Shown here: one piece after another, positions 1 through 10,212 of the stretch | Layout: each line of letters opens with the position of its first letter | Numbering within the stretch: position 1 is the first letter of the stretch | NCBI GenBank assembly: GCA_937877675.1 | Contig: CALEIS010000135.1 | Span: 173,557 to 237,556 of the forward strand | Length of the DNA: 64,000 bases | Origin: an uncultured Clostridia bacterium | GTDB lineage: Bacteria; Bacillota; Clostridia; Oscillospirales; Acutalibacteraceae | Reading direction: 5' to 3' | The notes under the pieces: model-generated | What the model saw: the letters and a program-made list of their open reading frames with translations, nothing else | Databases searched by the model: none | What the model was told of the DNA's origin: nothing | Made by a program: the position numbers and the translations under genes

Positions 1-1
1 G

Positions 2-1639
2 GGTGAATTCGTAACAGTTGTTTCTAAGGGTGAAGATGAACTTGACCTTTGGATTCAGAAGTCCACAATGTATCCTGAAATCAATCAGGCATTGGTAGGT
101 GCTCCTACTTCAACTGATTCTGCAAAACTTTTCTCTTGCACGGATGCAAATCAGACTCATAACATTCCTGTAACTTCTGGTAATACATATTCACAGATTA
201 CTGTTAATAAGTTGAATTCAAACTCTTGGTCTAATAATGTAATGTATCTCAAGGCTAAGACAGGTCACACAACATTCTCAGTTGATAAGACTCTTGCACT
301 CTTTGTTCGTACAGACTATAATGGGGGTACAGGTACAGTAATCAAAGTTCCTTTCAATGTTGCTGCTGGTAAATTTAGTATCGCTCAGAAGTATGAAGAT
401 GGTGTAACTGCTGCTACAACATCTCCTTTCTCTGGGTCTATGAGCAGTAAGACTGATAGCAAGGGTACAAAGGTTGAATATTTCTGTGCTCCTTTCGGTG
501 ATGCTGAAGCAGAGTTCGGTCGTATCCCTGGTCAGGCAGAAGTTGAAATCAAGATTACTCAAACTCTTAGTGATATTCTTACTTTGGGTGGTGGTAGTGT
601 TGTATTCAACTGGGCAATTGACAAAGCTACTCTCGATGCTCCTAGTGTTGCTTGGACTTCTGTAAACATGTTCTATACACAGCACAAGAAACCAACTGTA
701 ACATTTGCTTCTGTCGATTACAAGAGCAAGACTCCATCTGCTGCTGTTTCAGGTCTTATCTATAACACAGCAGGTTCAACCGCTACTGTTACGGTTTCTG
801 CTCTTAATAATTCTCAGTGGAAGTCTTCTAACACAAGCGATAAGCGTTTGACTGTATCTGCTGCTGCTAAGACTGATGGTAATGTTTTCAATGCATCTAG
901 CCTCACGAAGACTGGTGCAGATTCTGCTGCTGTTTATTCTGGTTCTGTTGATGTAACACTTGGTAGCACTGGTAATGGTAGTGCTGAAATCAAAGTTAAA
1001 CCTCATGGATTGATTGATGGTGATTACACTACTGCTAAGTATTTGGGTCAGTTCTGGGGTTCTATTCCTACATCATCAACAACGAAAGAAAACTTCGGTG
1101 TTGAAACCTATCGTATGAAGAACTATGATACTCCTACTGATTCCGACCTTAAAGTTGGTCAAACAACGGCTACTGCTGCAAACAAATACCCAAGTGCAAC
1201 ATCAGTTCTTGATGGTTCTGTCGAAACAGGTATTCCTGTAAGTGGTTATGAAGATTGTGTACAGGCTGTATGTCAATACGGTCAGTTGATGCACCCAAAT
1301 GCTGCTGCTGCTGACGCTAATGGTACTTCTTATGGTACATCTACAACCAAGCCAGCAATTTTCATCCGTAAGTTCCAATACACATCTGACCAGAAACTTA
1401 GTTTCTCAGGTACAAATCTCGGTAAGGCTACCGCTGTATATTGGTATGACGGAGCATCATGGAATCAAATCTTGCAAAATTCTGCTGACGGTTTTACTTA
1501 TAAAAAGACTGATAATTCAATTACAGTACAATGGAACAAAGACCTTCACGCACAGATTAATTCAACTAATATTCCTCTTATTGCTATTGTGTTTGCTTCA
1601 AACAATTCAACTAAGATTAGTGCTGTAACTCTTGCGTAA
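2..1639 (+). CDS. virion/tail-associated protein, 5' end outside window
   Basis: The frame of ORF 68..1639 stays open back to nt 2. Composition is Thr/Ser/Ala/Gly-rich. It directly precedes the giant fibre gene and ends in TAA. Confidence 0.6.
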   Translation, partial: GEFVTVVSKGEDELDLWIQKSTMYPEINQALVGAPTSTDSAKLFSCTDANQTHNIPVTSGNTYSQITVNKLNSNSWSNNVMYLKAKTGHTTFSVDKTLALFVRTDYNGGTGTVIKVPFNVAAGKFSIAQKYEDGVTAATTSPFSGSMSSKTDSKGTKVEYFCAPFGDAEAEFGRIPGQAEVEIKITQTLSDILTLGGGSVVFNWAIDKATLDAPSVAWTSVNMFYTQHKKPTVTFASVDYKSKTPSAAVSGLIYNTAGSTATVTVSALNNSQWKSSNTSDKRLTVSAAAKTDGNVFNASSLTKTGADSAAVYSGSVDVTLGSTGNGSAEIKVKPHGLIDGDYTTAKYLGQFWGSIPTSSTTKENFGVETYRMKNYDTPTDSDLKVGQTTATAANKYPSATSVLDGSVETGIPVSGYEDCVQAVCQYGQLMHPNAAAADANGTSYGTSTTKPAIFIRKFQYTSDQKLSFSGTNLGKATAVYWYDGASWNQILQNSADGFTYKKTDNSITVQWNKDLHAQINSTNIPLIAIVFASNNSTKISAVTLA

Positions 1640-1671
1640 TAACTTTTAAACAAATAGAAAAATAATAAATT

Positions 1672-4600
1672 ATGTCTTGGATTAGTACAAATACTACTAC
1701 TGATAATAAAGTTTATCCTAAACAAATTTCACAGGATGTTCTCTCATTCTATCACGGATTCAGTAAGACTCCTGTAGAACCTGAAATCAAAAATGGTGCT
1801 GCAACTGGTTATGCTGCAACAACACTTGCGAATGCCACAACAAAGAGTGGTCACACCGTTCTTGGCTCGGAAGTTTGGGCATCTGAACTTCCTTGGTTCG
1901 GTTTCGCTCCTAACAAAGATGTTGCTTCAACTCGTGTTTCTGGGATAACAAATAAAAACGACCTTATCCGTATAAATGATGTCGGTAAAGATTACATTTA
2001 TATCGGTAAAGGTGGAGAAACATTCACCAAAGCTACTTGGGATACCGTTTGGAAAGAAATCACTCTTACAAATGGTATGGAATTGGCTAACCAATATGGT
2101 GATAAAGTTCTTCGTTATTATGAGAAACAGAGGATGCAAGCTCTTGAGAGTGATAACAATGCTGGTATTGACTCTAAGGGTTATGCAACTCGTCTCTTCG
2201 TTGACGAATCAACTCATACCGCTGTAACTACAGTAGGTCAAGGTTCTGTTATTCCCCAGTTTGCTGCTGCTACCGATAGTATCAAAAACGGTCTTACTTC
2301 CAGTATTTTGAATCCTGTCGTTTACATTGATGGAACACAGAAAGTACCAGGTACACACTTTTATGACTACAATGTTTCAGGAACAATCCTCTGGGACTCA
2401 AACGTAAAGAGTAAAAATGTTACCATCACCTGCTTCCGTTATATTGGTAAATCAGTAACTGCAAAAACTGCTGAAATTGAATCTACAATTGAAGACCTTA
2501 AAATTACAGCAGGTGCAGGTATTACCGTAACTGATGGAACGAAGCAGAAAAAAGGTATTACTACACTTACTCTTGGTGGTTCTAATGGTGTTACTGTAGC
2601 AGTAAATGAATCAACTGGTGCTGTAACATTTGGTGTCGATACTGCTACAATCGCTACAACTGCTTCTGTAACAGCTATTAGCGATAGAATTTCTGCTGCT
2701 GCTTCCGATATTACTGCAACTAGTGAGAAACTTGTAACAGGTAAGGCTGTTTATGATTATGTTTCTGGTGCTACTCTTAATAGCGGTACACAGGGTGATA
2801 ATCAGATTCAGAACGCTTCTGGTGATACTGCTAACAAGCTCGTAACGGCTGCTCAAGTCAAGGAGTATGTAACTGAGAATGCTCAGGTTACTGTAACAGT
2901 TGGTGAAACTGATGTAACTTCTACAGGATTTGAATTCGCAGGTTCTACTGGTAGTGATGTTTCCTTGTCTGCTGCAATGGATGCAAATGGTAAGGTAACT
3001 TACTCTGCTACTCTTACTAAGGCTACTGTTGGTACTGACGGTAAGATTCTTACAGGTGATGAAAACAAGGCTGTAAGCGCAACCGATGCTAAGACTATCG
3101 TTGATACGTCTATCGCCGCTCTTTCTGCTACTGGTGGTGCAATTGCTACTCTTACAGAACGTGTTGGTCAAGCCGAATCTAATGCTGCTGCTTCTGCTAG
3201 TGCTGCTTCTGCTTCTCAGACTGCTGCTGAAGGAGCAAAGTCCGAAGCTGCTGCTGCTAAGACCGCTGCTCAGAATGCCCAAACCGCTGCTGAGGGTGCT
3301 CAGTCCGCTGCTCAGGCTGCTCAGGCTGCTTCTGAAGCTGCTAAGGGTGAAGCTTCTGCATCTGCTACTGCTGCATCTCAATCTGCTACTGCTGCTCAAG
3401 GTTCTGCTACATCTGCATCTCAATCTGCTTCCGCTGCATCTGCATCTCAGACCGCTGCTGAAGCTGCTCAGAGTGCTGCTGAGAGTGCTGCTGCTGAAGC
3501 AAAGGCTGCTAAGGAGTTTGTTGAAGCTACCGCAGAATGGCAAGCTGGTTCTGATGAAGAACTTGGTAACTTTACTGATGCTTCTGCAAGTGGTGTTGTA
3601 ACAGGTACAACTGTTAAGACCGTTGCTGATGAGGTATTGGCTCTCGCTAAGTCTTACTCTAACGGTCTTCACACAACAAGCGTAACATATCATGTAACCG
3701 ATACACTCCCAACTGTTCCAGCAGGTGAGGAAGAGAAATATAAGGGTAGAATCTATCTTGTTCTCACAGGTCTTGATGGAGTAGTTGCCGCCGATGGCGA
3801 CCGCATTGAATACATGTACGTCCAAGAAAATGGCGTATGGGGTTGGGAACAAATTGGTACTACTACTGCTGACCTTTCTGGTTATGCTAAGTCTGTAAAG
3901 ATTAATAGTTCAACTTATGCTGCAAGTGCTGATAATTCAGGTGCTCTTGACCTTGGTACTGTTGTAACAGGTTTGTATAATACACTTCCTACTGGTGTTA
4001 CTAGTGTTACTGGTGTTAATCTTGTAAATGCCAATTCTGTATATGCAGGTATTAATAATGGCATAATGGAAATTGGTGTTGCTGACGCTTCTGCTGATGG
4101 TAAGGGTCTTGTACAACTCGCTGCTAATGTTGCAGATGGTTCTACAACAGACGTTACTACTGCTAAGGCTGTAAAGGATTATGCTCAAAAGGCTCTTACT
4201 GTCAAGGATGGTCGTGGTTACAATGTAACAGAAAATGACTTGTGGGGTACTACTGCAACATTGGATGAAAATGGTAATCTTACCGTTGCTCATAATTGGG
4301 TAACTAATCCTAATGCTTCTAATAGTGTTGCTTGGAATACCTCAATTACTAAAGTTGAAGATAATGGGGCTTATACTTCTTCTAGCTCAATTGTGAACAT
4401 TCAAACTGACATGATAAAAAATGGTCAGTATATGTTCAAAGACTGTTCTGAACTTACCTCATTCTCCTCTGACATGCCTAATTTGACGAATGGTGATAGT
4501 ATGTTCCAAGACTGTTCCCATCTCACCTCATTCTCCTCTGACGTATCAAGATTGACTACGGGTTATAGTATGTTCTATCATTGTAGTGCTCTCACCGCAT

Positions 4601-5523
4601 TCAATGCTGACTTGTCTAGTTTGACGCATGGTAGTAATATGTTCGATACTTGTAATTATCTCGCAATATTCAACAGTGACATGCCTAATTTGACGAATGG
4701 TTCTTACATGTTCAATTCAACTAAACTCTCATCATTCAACCGTGACTTGTCTAGTTTGACGGATGGTCATTGGATGTTCTATCGTTGTAGTTATCTCACC
4801 ACATTCAACAGTGACTTGTCTAGTTTGATGTATGGTGAGAATATGTTCTATCGTTGTATTGCTCTCAAATCATTCTGTGGTGACTTGTCTAGTTTGATGA
4901 ATGGTTATCAGATGTTCGTGGGTTGTACTGCTCTTACTTCATTTACATCTGATTTGTCTAATTTGGGGGATGGTAGAAGTATGTTCAATGATTGTGCTTA
5001 TCTCACTTCATTCTGTGGTGACTTGTCTAGTTTGACGGATGGTTCTTGGATGTTCCTAAATTGTAAACTTGATACTGAATCAGTTGAAATTATTGCTGAC
5101 ACTATCAATGATGTAACAGGGTTTGCAGAGGGAGCTGGAGTTTCCAAGAGAATTGACATTAAGATTGGCAATACTACACCAAACGATGAGGAAGATGCAG
5201 CATTCAAACAGATGCAAGTCAAGGGCTGGAAGGTTTATGTAAATGGTTCTAATACTGAGTATGTTCCAAGAACAGGTGAAGCTTCACTTGATGAAACAGG
5301 TGAAACAACAGTTGCTCCTAAACCATACTGGGCTAAGCCTATTGAAGTAACTGAGGAAGAAGCCGAATTCGTGGGTGAAGATGGTAAGTTCTATCAGGTT
5401 GTAGGTGGTCAATTCATCTATGTAACTGACCCTGATACTTACGGAATGTTCGTAAGCCTTGAAGACGCTGTTGCTAACATGCGTTTGACAAAGTATGTAA
5501 AACCTGTTGAAGAAGAAATCTAA
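1672..5523 (+). CDS. giant tail-fibre / receptor-binding-like protein (1283 aa)
   Basis: Uninterrupted 3.85-kb ORF. It has a central Ala/Ser/Gln tract and a C-terminal array of ~26-aa Leu-rich repeats. A hairpin terminator follows. The antisense ORFs inside it are low-complexity artefacts. Confidence 0.75.
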   Translation: MSWISTNTTTDNKVYPKQISQDVLSFYHGFSKTPVEPEIKNGAATGYAATTLANATTKSGHTVLGSEVWASELPWFGFAPNKDVASTRVSGITNKNDLIRINDVGKDYIYIGKGGETFTKATWDTVWKEITLTNGMELANQYGDKVLRYYEKQRMQALESDNNAGIDSKGYATRLFVDESTHTAVTTVGQGSVIPQFAAATDSIKNGLTSSILNPVVYIDGTQKVPGTHFYDYNVSGTILWDSNVKSKNVTITCFRYIGKSVTAKTAEIESTIEDLKITAGAGITVTDGTKQKKGITTLTLGGSNGVTVAVNESTGAVTFGVDTATIATTASVTAISDRISAAASDITATSEKLVTGKAVYDYVSGATLNSGTQGDNQIQNASGDTANKLVTAAQVKEYVTENAQVTVTVGETDVTSTGFEFAGSTGSDVSLSAAMDANGKVTYSATLTKATVGTDGKILTGDENKAVSATDAKTIVDTSIAALSATGGAIATLTERVGQAESNAAASASAASASQTAAEGAKSEAAAAKTAAQNAQTAAEGAQSAAQAAQAASEAAKGEASASATAASQSATAAQGSATSASQSASAASASQTAAEAAQSAAESAAAEAKAAKEFVEATAEWQAGSDEELGNFTDASASGVVTGTTVKTVADEVLALAKSYSNGLHTTSVTYHVTDTLPTVPAGEEEKYKGRIYLVLTGLDGVVAADGDRIEYMYVQENGVWGWEQIGTTTADLSGYAKSVKINSSTYAASADNSGALDLGTVVTGLYNTLPTGVTSVTGVNLVNANSVYAGINNGIMEIGVADASADGKGLVQLAANVADGSTTDVTTAKAVKDYAQKALTVKDGRGYNVTENDLWGTTATLDENGNLTVAHNWVTNPNASNSVAWNTSITKVEDNGAYTSSSSIVNIQTDMIKNGQYMFKDCSELTSFSSDMPNLTNGDSMFQDCSHLTSFSSDVSRLTTGYSMFYHCSALTAFNADLSSLTHGSNMFDTCNYLAIFNSDMPNLTNGSYMFNSTKLSSFNRDLSSLTDGHWMFYRCSYLTTFNSDLSSLMYGENMFYRCIALKSFCGDLSSLMNGYQMFVGCTALTSFTSDLSNLGDGRSMFNDCAYLTSFCGDLSSLTDGSWMFLNCKLDTESVEIIADTINDVTGFAEGAGVSKRIDIKIGNTTPNDEEDAAFKQMQVKGWKVYVNGSNTEYVPRTGEASLDETGETTVAPKPYWAKPIEVTEEEAEFVGEDGKFYQVVGGQFIYVTDPDTYGMFVSLEDAVANMRLTKYVKPVEEEI
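3172..3532 (+). repeat. Ala/Ser/Gln low-complexity (coiled-coil-like) tract inside the fibre gene
   Basis: Translated run AAASASAASASQTAAEGAKSEAAAAKTAAQNAQTAAEGAQSAAQAAQAASEAAKGEASASATAASQSATAAQG... built from GCT/TCT/CAG-rich DNA. Confidence 0.8.
4393..5062 (+). repeat. tandem ~26-aa DUF285/BspA-like Leu-rich repeats (~9 full units)
   Basis: Repeating ..MF.dCs.LTsFnsDlSsLTnG.. units are visible in the translation (KDCSELTSFSSDMPNLTNGDSMF, QDCSHLTSFSSDVSRLTTGYSMF, and so on). Confidence 0.7.
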
Positions 5524-5550
5524 TAATCTTCTCAATAAGTAAAAATCAAG

Positions 5551-5584
5551 AAACCCTCTCAATTACGAGAGGGTTTCTTTTTTT
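5551..5584. terminator. hairpin + T-run between convergent genes
   Basis: aaaccctctc-aattac-gagagggttt followed by ctttttttt. It lies after the fibre gene and faces the 3' end of the minus-strand glycosyltransferase gene. Confidence 0.75.
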
Positions 5585-5616
5585 AGTATCAAATATTTGA
5601 ATTTGTATTAGGAGTT

Positions 5617-6402
5617 TTATACATAACTATCAACGTATTTCTCCATTACTTTCAAACTATCCTCTCTTGTCCATTTTGCATTACTAATGAACAAATTAGG
5701 TTTGAATGCAACAGAAGTATACTCTTTATAATTGATATTCTAAGGCATCATGAACGCATTACAATTACCTTTTATATTAGGTAACAAATCGACATTGATT
5801 TTCACCAAAGGAGACATTTCAATAAGAACACTAATAACCTTGTCTTCATTGTAACCCATAGTTACACGTTTCTTTAGAATCTGTGCATCTTTAGTTTTAC
5901 CTTCGTTCATCATGTTGAATAAATTATTGATTGCAACGACACCCATCTTACCAAAAGTCTGACAGCATCCCACAATACAAATCTGTGCAAAGTATGTTCC
6001 CATCTCACCAATTTGAGCTTTAGGAATTTTCAACTTATTCATTTCATTCTCAGCAGCAGTGATATAATCAAAGGAGTTCATGACACAATCTGAATCTAGT
6101 TTGATTATGTAATCACAATCAAACTTATCCATAATCTTTTTATATTCTTTGAACATTCCTTCGATACAATCATAACCATTGAGATTACCTTTTCTATCAA
6201 ATGAAGTTTTGATAAGAGTAGGGCTTCCAAAGAGTTCCTTTTTCTTTAGATGTTTCTAACATCTTCCATCATCGAAGACATAAACTCTAACCTCATGCTT
6301 ATCCTTGAACTTATCAATAGTTTTATAGAGAACTTTTAGAGAATTATTAAGGAAGTCTATATCTTTCCAATAACTAAAATAACAAACTGCAATCTTAGAC
6401 AT
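5617..6402 (-). CDS. glycosyltransferase (GT-A-like, DSD motif) read through two TAG codons
   Basis: The ATG at 6400-6402 follows the TAA of the upstream gene by one nt. In-frame TAGs lie at 6256-6258 and 5740-5742. The frame has no TAA/TGA until TAA at 5617-5619. The track shows only the 5740..6156 fragment. Motif KLDSDC. Confidence 0.6.
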
Positions 6403-6404
6403 AA

Positions 6405-7121
6405 TTATAAAATATAATGTTTTTTGATTAAACCGTAAATGCTTTCATCTTTGCAAGATTCCTTTTTTATAGAGTTTCTGTAAATCTCTCCATAAAGATG
6501 AATACACTTTGCACCAAAGACATGATTCATATTGAGCATCCCATTATAGATACCACTTGCATAAAGAGGAGGAATAGGATATAATTCTTTAGAAGGAATT
6601 ACATTGAAGTCATAAGAAGAATAAATGAGATTTACCAAATCATTACCAAGGAAACCCCAAGGAGCTTGAATACGTTGTTCTTCCACAGACAACTTTGCCA
6701 ATTCTTTTTTAGTTGAAATTCTACCATCAGTATCATAATCACAAATGATGGAAGGATTTTCATAAGCGTCAACCACAGCTTTAGCAAGAGGATGACCTTT
6801 TTCGAGAGAAATCATACCAATAGAAATTGTATTTTCTACTTGACCACAAACTGAATTAATAGGGAATTCAAATGGCTGCATACAAACGACATCCAAATCA
6901 GTCCAACGCCCACCCTTATCATAAAGAAGTTTGAATCTAAACCAATCAGAGAAAGGAGCATATGAATTATTCTTTGAATGTTTGAAAACACATTCTTTAG
7001 GAAGAATCTCAGAAGCATCTTTGAGAATACATCCTTTAGGTACTTTAAGAGATTTATTATAACTCCATAAGTTGAATTGGAAACCTAATTTGATAAAAGA
7101 TGTTATGCAAATGTTTTCCAT
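6405..7121 (-). CDS. glycosyltransferase with DXD sugar-binding motif
   Basis: The sequence ...SDWFRFKLLYDKGGRWTDLDVVC... is typical of the Gly_transf_sug-type DXD region. TAA stop. Confidence 0.6.
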   Translation of the reverse strand: MENICITSFIKLGFQFNLWSYNKSLKVPKGCILKDASEILPKECVFKHSKNNSYAPFSDWFRFKLLYDKGGRWTDLDVVCMQPFEFPINSVCGQVENTISIGMISLEKGHPLAKAVVDAYENPSIICDYDTDGRISTKKELAKLSVEEQRIQAPWGFLGNDLVNLIYSSYDFNVIPSKELYPIPPLYASGIYNGMLNMNHVFGAKCIHLYGEIYRNSIKKESCKDESIYGLIKKHYIL

Positions 7122-7130
7122 ATCAGAAAG

Positions 7131-7520
7131 CTAACCACCATGCCAAAAAGAATTAATTTCTTGTTTTTTACTTTTCAATTCAATACTTTTGACATCTTTT
7201 TCTGCCAACACGAAAGTATCAGTACGAACATCATTAGAAGGCATTAGTTCAATAAGTTTCTCAAGGAAAGTATTGAGACTAAAGTTTACAGCAGAAGTCC
7301 AACCACTGAGATTATCGAAACATCTAATCTCAAGGGAAGCTCCTTGTAATCCATAAGGTTCATCTGATTGATAACATGCCCCTTTTTCACCTGTAGGATA
7401 ACCAGGGTCAATTGTAATTTTTACACCACATTGTGCATACGTATCTTTAGGAGCTTTGTGCAACTCTAAGTGCCACAATCCTCTTGCTGCGTCATAAGTA
7501 AAAGGTTTATTAAAATCCAT
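7131..7520 (-). CDS. hypothetical protein; ends at TAG, in frame with 6405..7121
   Basis: 129-aa ORF. Its stop (7131-7133) is TAG. The same frame continues (..HGG*LSDMENIC..) into the glycosyltransferase ORF, so a 371-aa readthrough fusion is possible. Confidence 0.55.
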   Translation of the reverse strand: MDFNKPFTYDAARGLWHLELHKAPKDTYAQCGVKITIDPGYPTGEKGACYQSDEPYGLQGASLEIRCFDNLSGWTSAVNFSLNTFLEKLIELMPSNDVRTDTFVLAEKDVKSIELKSKKQEINSFWHGG

Positions 7521-7525
7521 AATTT

Positions 7526-7792
7526 TTATAATCTTGTAAAGTCTTTGTAATACATCTTATCATCTTCTGTCATATCCCAATCGTCCATGAAAGTCCAATG
7601 GGTACTTCTGACCATTCCTCCTGCGAATTCAACGGTCATTACACCCTTGTCAATACGAATGTCAATATCTTCATCGTCATCATAATCATCAGCATAAATT
7701 CTTCGATTATTGATAACAATCATCGTAGCTCTAAACGTATCAACAGGCTTAGAACTTTCAAAGCTATGGTCTGTAATTGTAAAGTAATCCAT
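7526..7792 (-). CDS. hypothetical acidic protein
   Basis: C-terminal part of track ORF 7526..8131, starting at MDYFTITDH. The upstream part overlaps the plus-strand gene and looks spurious. A TATAAT box lies 9 nt upstream of the ATG. Confidence 0.5.
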   Translation of the reverse strand: MDYFTITDHSFESSKPVDTFRATMIVINNRRIYADDYDDDEDIDIRIDKGVMTVEFAGGMVRSTHWTFMDDWDMTEDDKMYYKDFTRL

Positions 7793-7855
7793 ACATCTAT
7801 AATTATACATCAGTTCTATATAAGGGAATGAAAATAAGATAAATAATACTTGAAA

Positions 7856-8521
7856 ATGTCTAAGTATACAACAGAAACAGCAACACTTAAAGCACTTGTC
7901 ATCGACACGAATGTTCTTAGGGTAAATGGGTATGAAGTAAATTTCAATGATGCAGGGTTGAGTATTACCCCACCTAAAGTGTAGACTATTCCTGACGAAT
8001 AGCCTGAAAATCCTGGTGAGGGTGGAGATACACCATAGCCTACTCCTACTCCAATTCCACCAATAAATCCTGACATCATAATTGGTGGAGGTGCAACTGA
8101 AATCATTAAAGAAACTGTTATTGAAAAACATAATTCAGTAAAAACAGTAACACTAAATCTTGGTAATATTATTGTTGGTGTTTCTAATAAAAATTATACT
8201 TGTAATATTGACGAAGAAGAGGGTAATATAAGTTTCTCATTCAAAGGAGAAAATGTAGATTCCACAGAAAAATGGATTCCAAGTAAAGTTTTGGTAAACG
8301 GACAAGTTGTTCTAGTTCCAATTCATCGAGGATAGGCTAATGAATGGATTATTTCATTATATTCTCATGGTGATTCATTATCAGATATATATGGAGGTCT
8401 TACAGATGAAAGTATTATAAAGATTTATTTCTATCTTTCTGAATAGGTTGCCATTGAAGAGGATGACTTAGAAGGGGATGAAGAAGAATCACCTGAAAAT
8501 CCTGAAGAACCTACAGAATAA
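7856..8521 (+). CDS. hypothetical protein with five in-frame TAG codons
   Basis: ATG at 7856, TAA at 8519-8521. TAGs include 7982, 8000 and 8036, plus two more near the 3' end. Pro-rich contexts (DE*PENP, TP*PTPTP) read smoothly. The gene is invisible in the standard-code track. Confidence 0.6.
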
Positions 8522-8581
8522 TTCTTGACAATCCCACAGAATAATGCTATACTTCCCATGTAAATAAATTTAGCACATACT

Positions 8582-8893
8582 ATGGGCAAGACATGGAAGA
8601 AGCGTGACGGACATGGTAAGCATGTTGGTAATTGGCGTGGAAAAGGTGAAGAGTATGGTCACAATTGGCGACCTAATTCATACCGTGGAGCTTACAGAGA
8701 GTTCTGCGAAACTGATAAAGATTATCCTAAAATGAGAAAAGGGGCAGTTCCCCCTGAGCCTTGGGATGACCAGCAAAGTGAGGGCAGAGTTCGCCCTGAT
8801 AGTTCACGGTTTAATCACCGCTCAATGAAAAAGGCTAAAGATGCTCGCCGTGAGTTTGAAGATAACTTCCCTGACCTTAACATTGAATTCTAA
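8582..8893 (+). CDS. hypothetical basic protein
   Basis: 103-aa ORF with a TAA stop, followed by a shared hairpin. Confidence 0.5.
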   Translation: MGKTWKKRDGHGKHVGNWRGKGEEYGHNWRPNSYRGAYREFCETDKDYPKMRKGAVPPEPWDDQQSEGRVRPDSSRFNHRSMKKAKDARREFEDNFPDLNIEF

Positions 8894-8899
8894 AAACTT

Positions 8900-8925
8900 A
8901 GCCCTTATCGCTTTAGATAAGGGCT
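8900..8925. terminator. hairpin between convergent genes
   Basis: agcccttatc-gcttta-gataagggct. It overlaps the 3' end of 8913..9509. Confidence 0.5.
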
Positions 8926-9509
8926 TCATCATTTAACATCATAAAAGGACTAGGCGTATCTTCATAATAGAAATACAAACAGTAGTCATCTTTGGTATAA
9001 TCTACAAATACCTTGAACTTCTCCTTTGCTTCAAATCTCCGACAGAAGCGTAACTTACCCTCCTTGGTAACTGTATCACTCTTACATAAGATTAGACTAT
9101 TACTTGCTGTGAGTATCTTACTGTTATATTCAATGCAGTCCCATACCTTATCACCTACCTTGAAGTAATGTATGCCTAACTTGTCATCCTTGCCATGATT
9201 TTTCTTTGAGAGTTTTTTAATAGATGTTTTCATCTTCTTTAGTAACTTCTCATCAAACAACTCTTCCACATCACCTAACACATACTTACCCTCTTCAAAT
9301 TCATAAAAGTCCTTTACTTTGAGAATAGGTTTCTTGGGCTTCTTAGGCTTAGGAGGTTCAACCTTTTTAGGCTCTTCCTTTAGAGGAGGTGGTGGAGTAG
9401 ATGCTAGTTTAGGTTCTTCCTCTTTCTTTTTCCTAGTCCTCTTCTTAGGAGGTTCATTGACAATTACAATAGGCTTTACCTCTTCAACTACTTTCTTCTT
9501 CCTTGCCAT
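8913..9509 (-). CDS. hypothetical protein with Lys/Pro-rich N-terminus
   Basis: 198-aa ORF with N-terminal KKKVVEEVKP...PPKPKKPKKP. TAA stop. Confidence 0.55.
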   Translation of the reverse strand: MARKKKVVEEVKPIVIVNEPPKKRTRKKKEEEPKLASTPPPPLKEEPKKVEPPKPKKPKKPILKVKDFYEFEEGKYVLGDVEELFDEKLLKKMKTSIKKLSKKNHGKDDKLGIHYFKVGDKVWDCIEYNSKILTASNSLILCKSDTVTKEGKLRFCRRFEAKEKFKVFVDYTKDDYCLYFYYEDTPSPFMMLNDEALI

Positions 9510-10212
9510 AAGTTCTTTCCTTGGCTATTTTATAGTAGTTCTCGTCTAATTCAATACCAATGAAATTTCTATTCAATTCCTTTGCAGCAAGAGCAGTTGT
9601 TCCACTTCCCATGAATGGGTCAATAACTAAATCACCATCATTAGAAAGTGTTTTGATAAAGAATTTGATAAGGTCAAGTGGTTTCTGTGTAGGGTGAGTT
9701 CCACATTCCTTTTCTCTCTTAGGAGTAACAGACGTTTCAATGAAATCATGAAGTGCTTTACCATCGTTGTTGAAAGTCCCTGTTTTCTTCTTATAGACGA
9801 AGTATAACCAAGGCTCTGTGCTATTGATAAAGTGTAAGTTCATGTTCCTAGGCATAGGATTAGTCTTATGCCATACACCTACAGTCTTATAATAAAATCC
9901 ATGCTCTTGTGCCATTTCAATAATTGTTTCCAATTTCATAATAGACATGAACATGAGTAATGAACCACCTACTTTACTAACTCTTGCAGCTTCCTTGAAA
10001 AAAGAATTCATAAGTTCTTTCCATTCATCGTAGCCTACATTATCCCAACCTGCTGCAACAAAGAAATTGTCACGCATGTTTTGAAGATTGGCTGCTCTGC
10101 TCTTTGCAAATTCTCCCAAGTTATAAGGAGGGTCAGTTACTATCAAATCAACAGTATCATCACCTATCGTCCCTAATACTTTCAAACAGTCATCATTGTA
10201 TAATTCAAACAT
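9484..10212 (-). CDS. DNA N6-adenine/N4-cytosine methyltransferase (beta class), paralogue 1 of 3
   Basis: The DPPY motif lies N-terminal of the FMGSGTT AdoMet motif. The C-terminal tail NRNFIGIELDENYYKIAKER is shared with the two neighbouring genes. Confidence 0.85.
   Translation of the reverse strand: MFELYNDDCLKVLGTIGDDTVDLIVTDPPYNLGEFAKSRAANLQNMRDNFFVAAGWDNVGYDEWKELMNSFFKEAARVSKVGGSLLMFMSIMKLETIIEMAQEHGFYYKTVGVWHKTNPMPRNMNLHFINSTEPWLYFVYKKKTGTFNNDGKALHDFIETSVTPKREKECGTHPTQKPLDLIKFFIKTLSNDGDLVIDPFMGSGTTALAAKELNRNFIGIELDENYYKIAKERTYGKEEESS

Noticed and set aside
2611-3852. A 413-aa antisense ORF, and other ORFs overlapping the fibre gene (278..685, 3086..3601, 3937..4293, and others).
   Set aside because: They are Ser/Leu/Cys/Arg-rich nonsense generated by the GCT/TCT-rich low-complexity sense strand. 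They lie fully inside a long, coherent plus-strand gene.
7793-8131. The N-terminal 113 codons of track ORF 7526..8131, and ORF 7816..8106.
   Set aside because: Their composition is implausible (Cys/Phe/Trp-rich). They are antisense to a coherent TAG-containing plus-strand gene. A promoter -10 box sits just upstream of the internal ATG at 7792.
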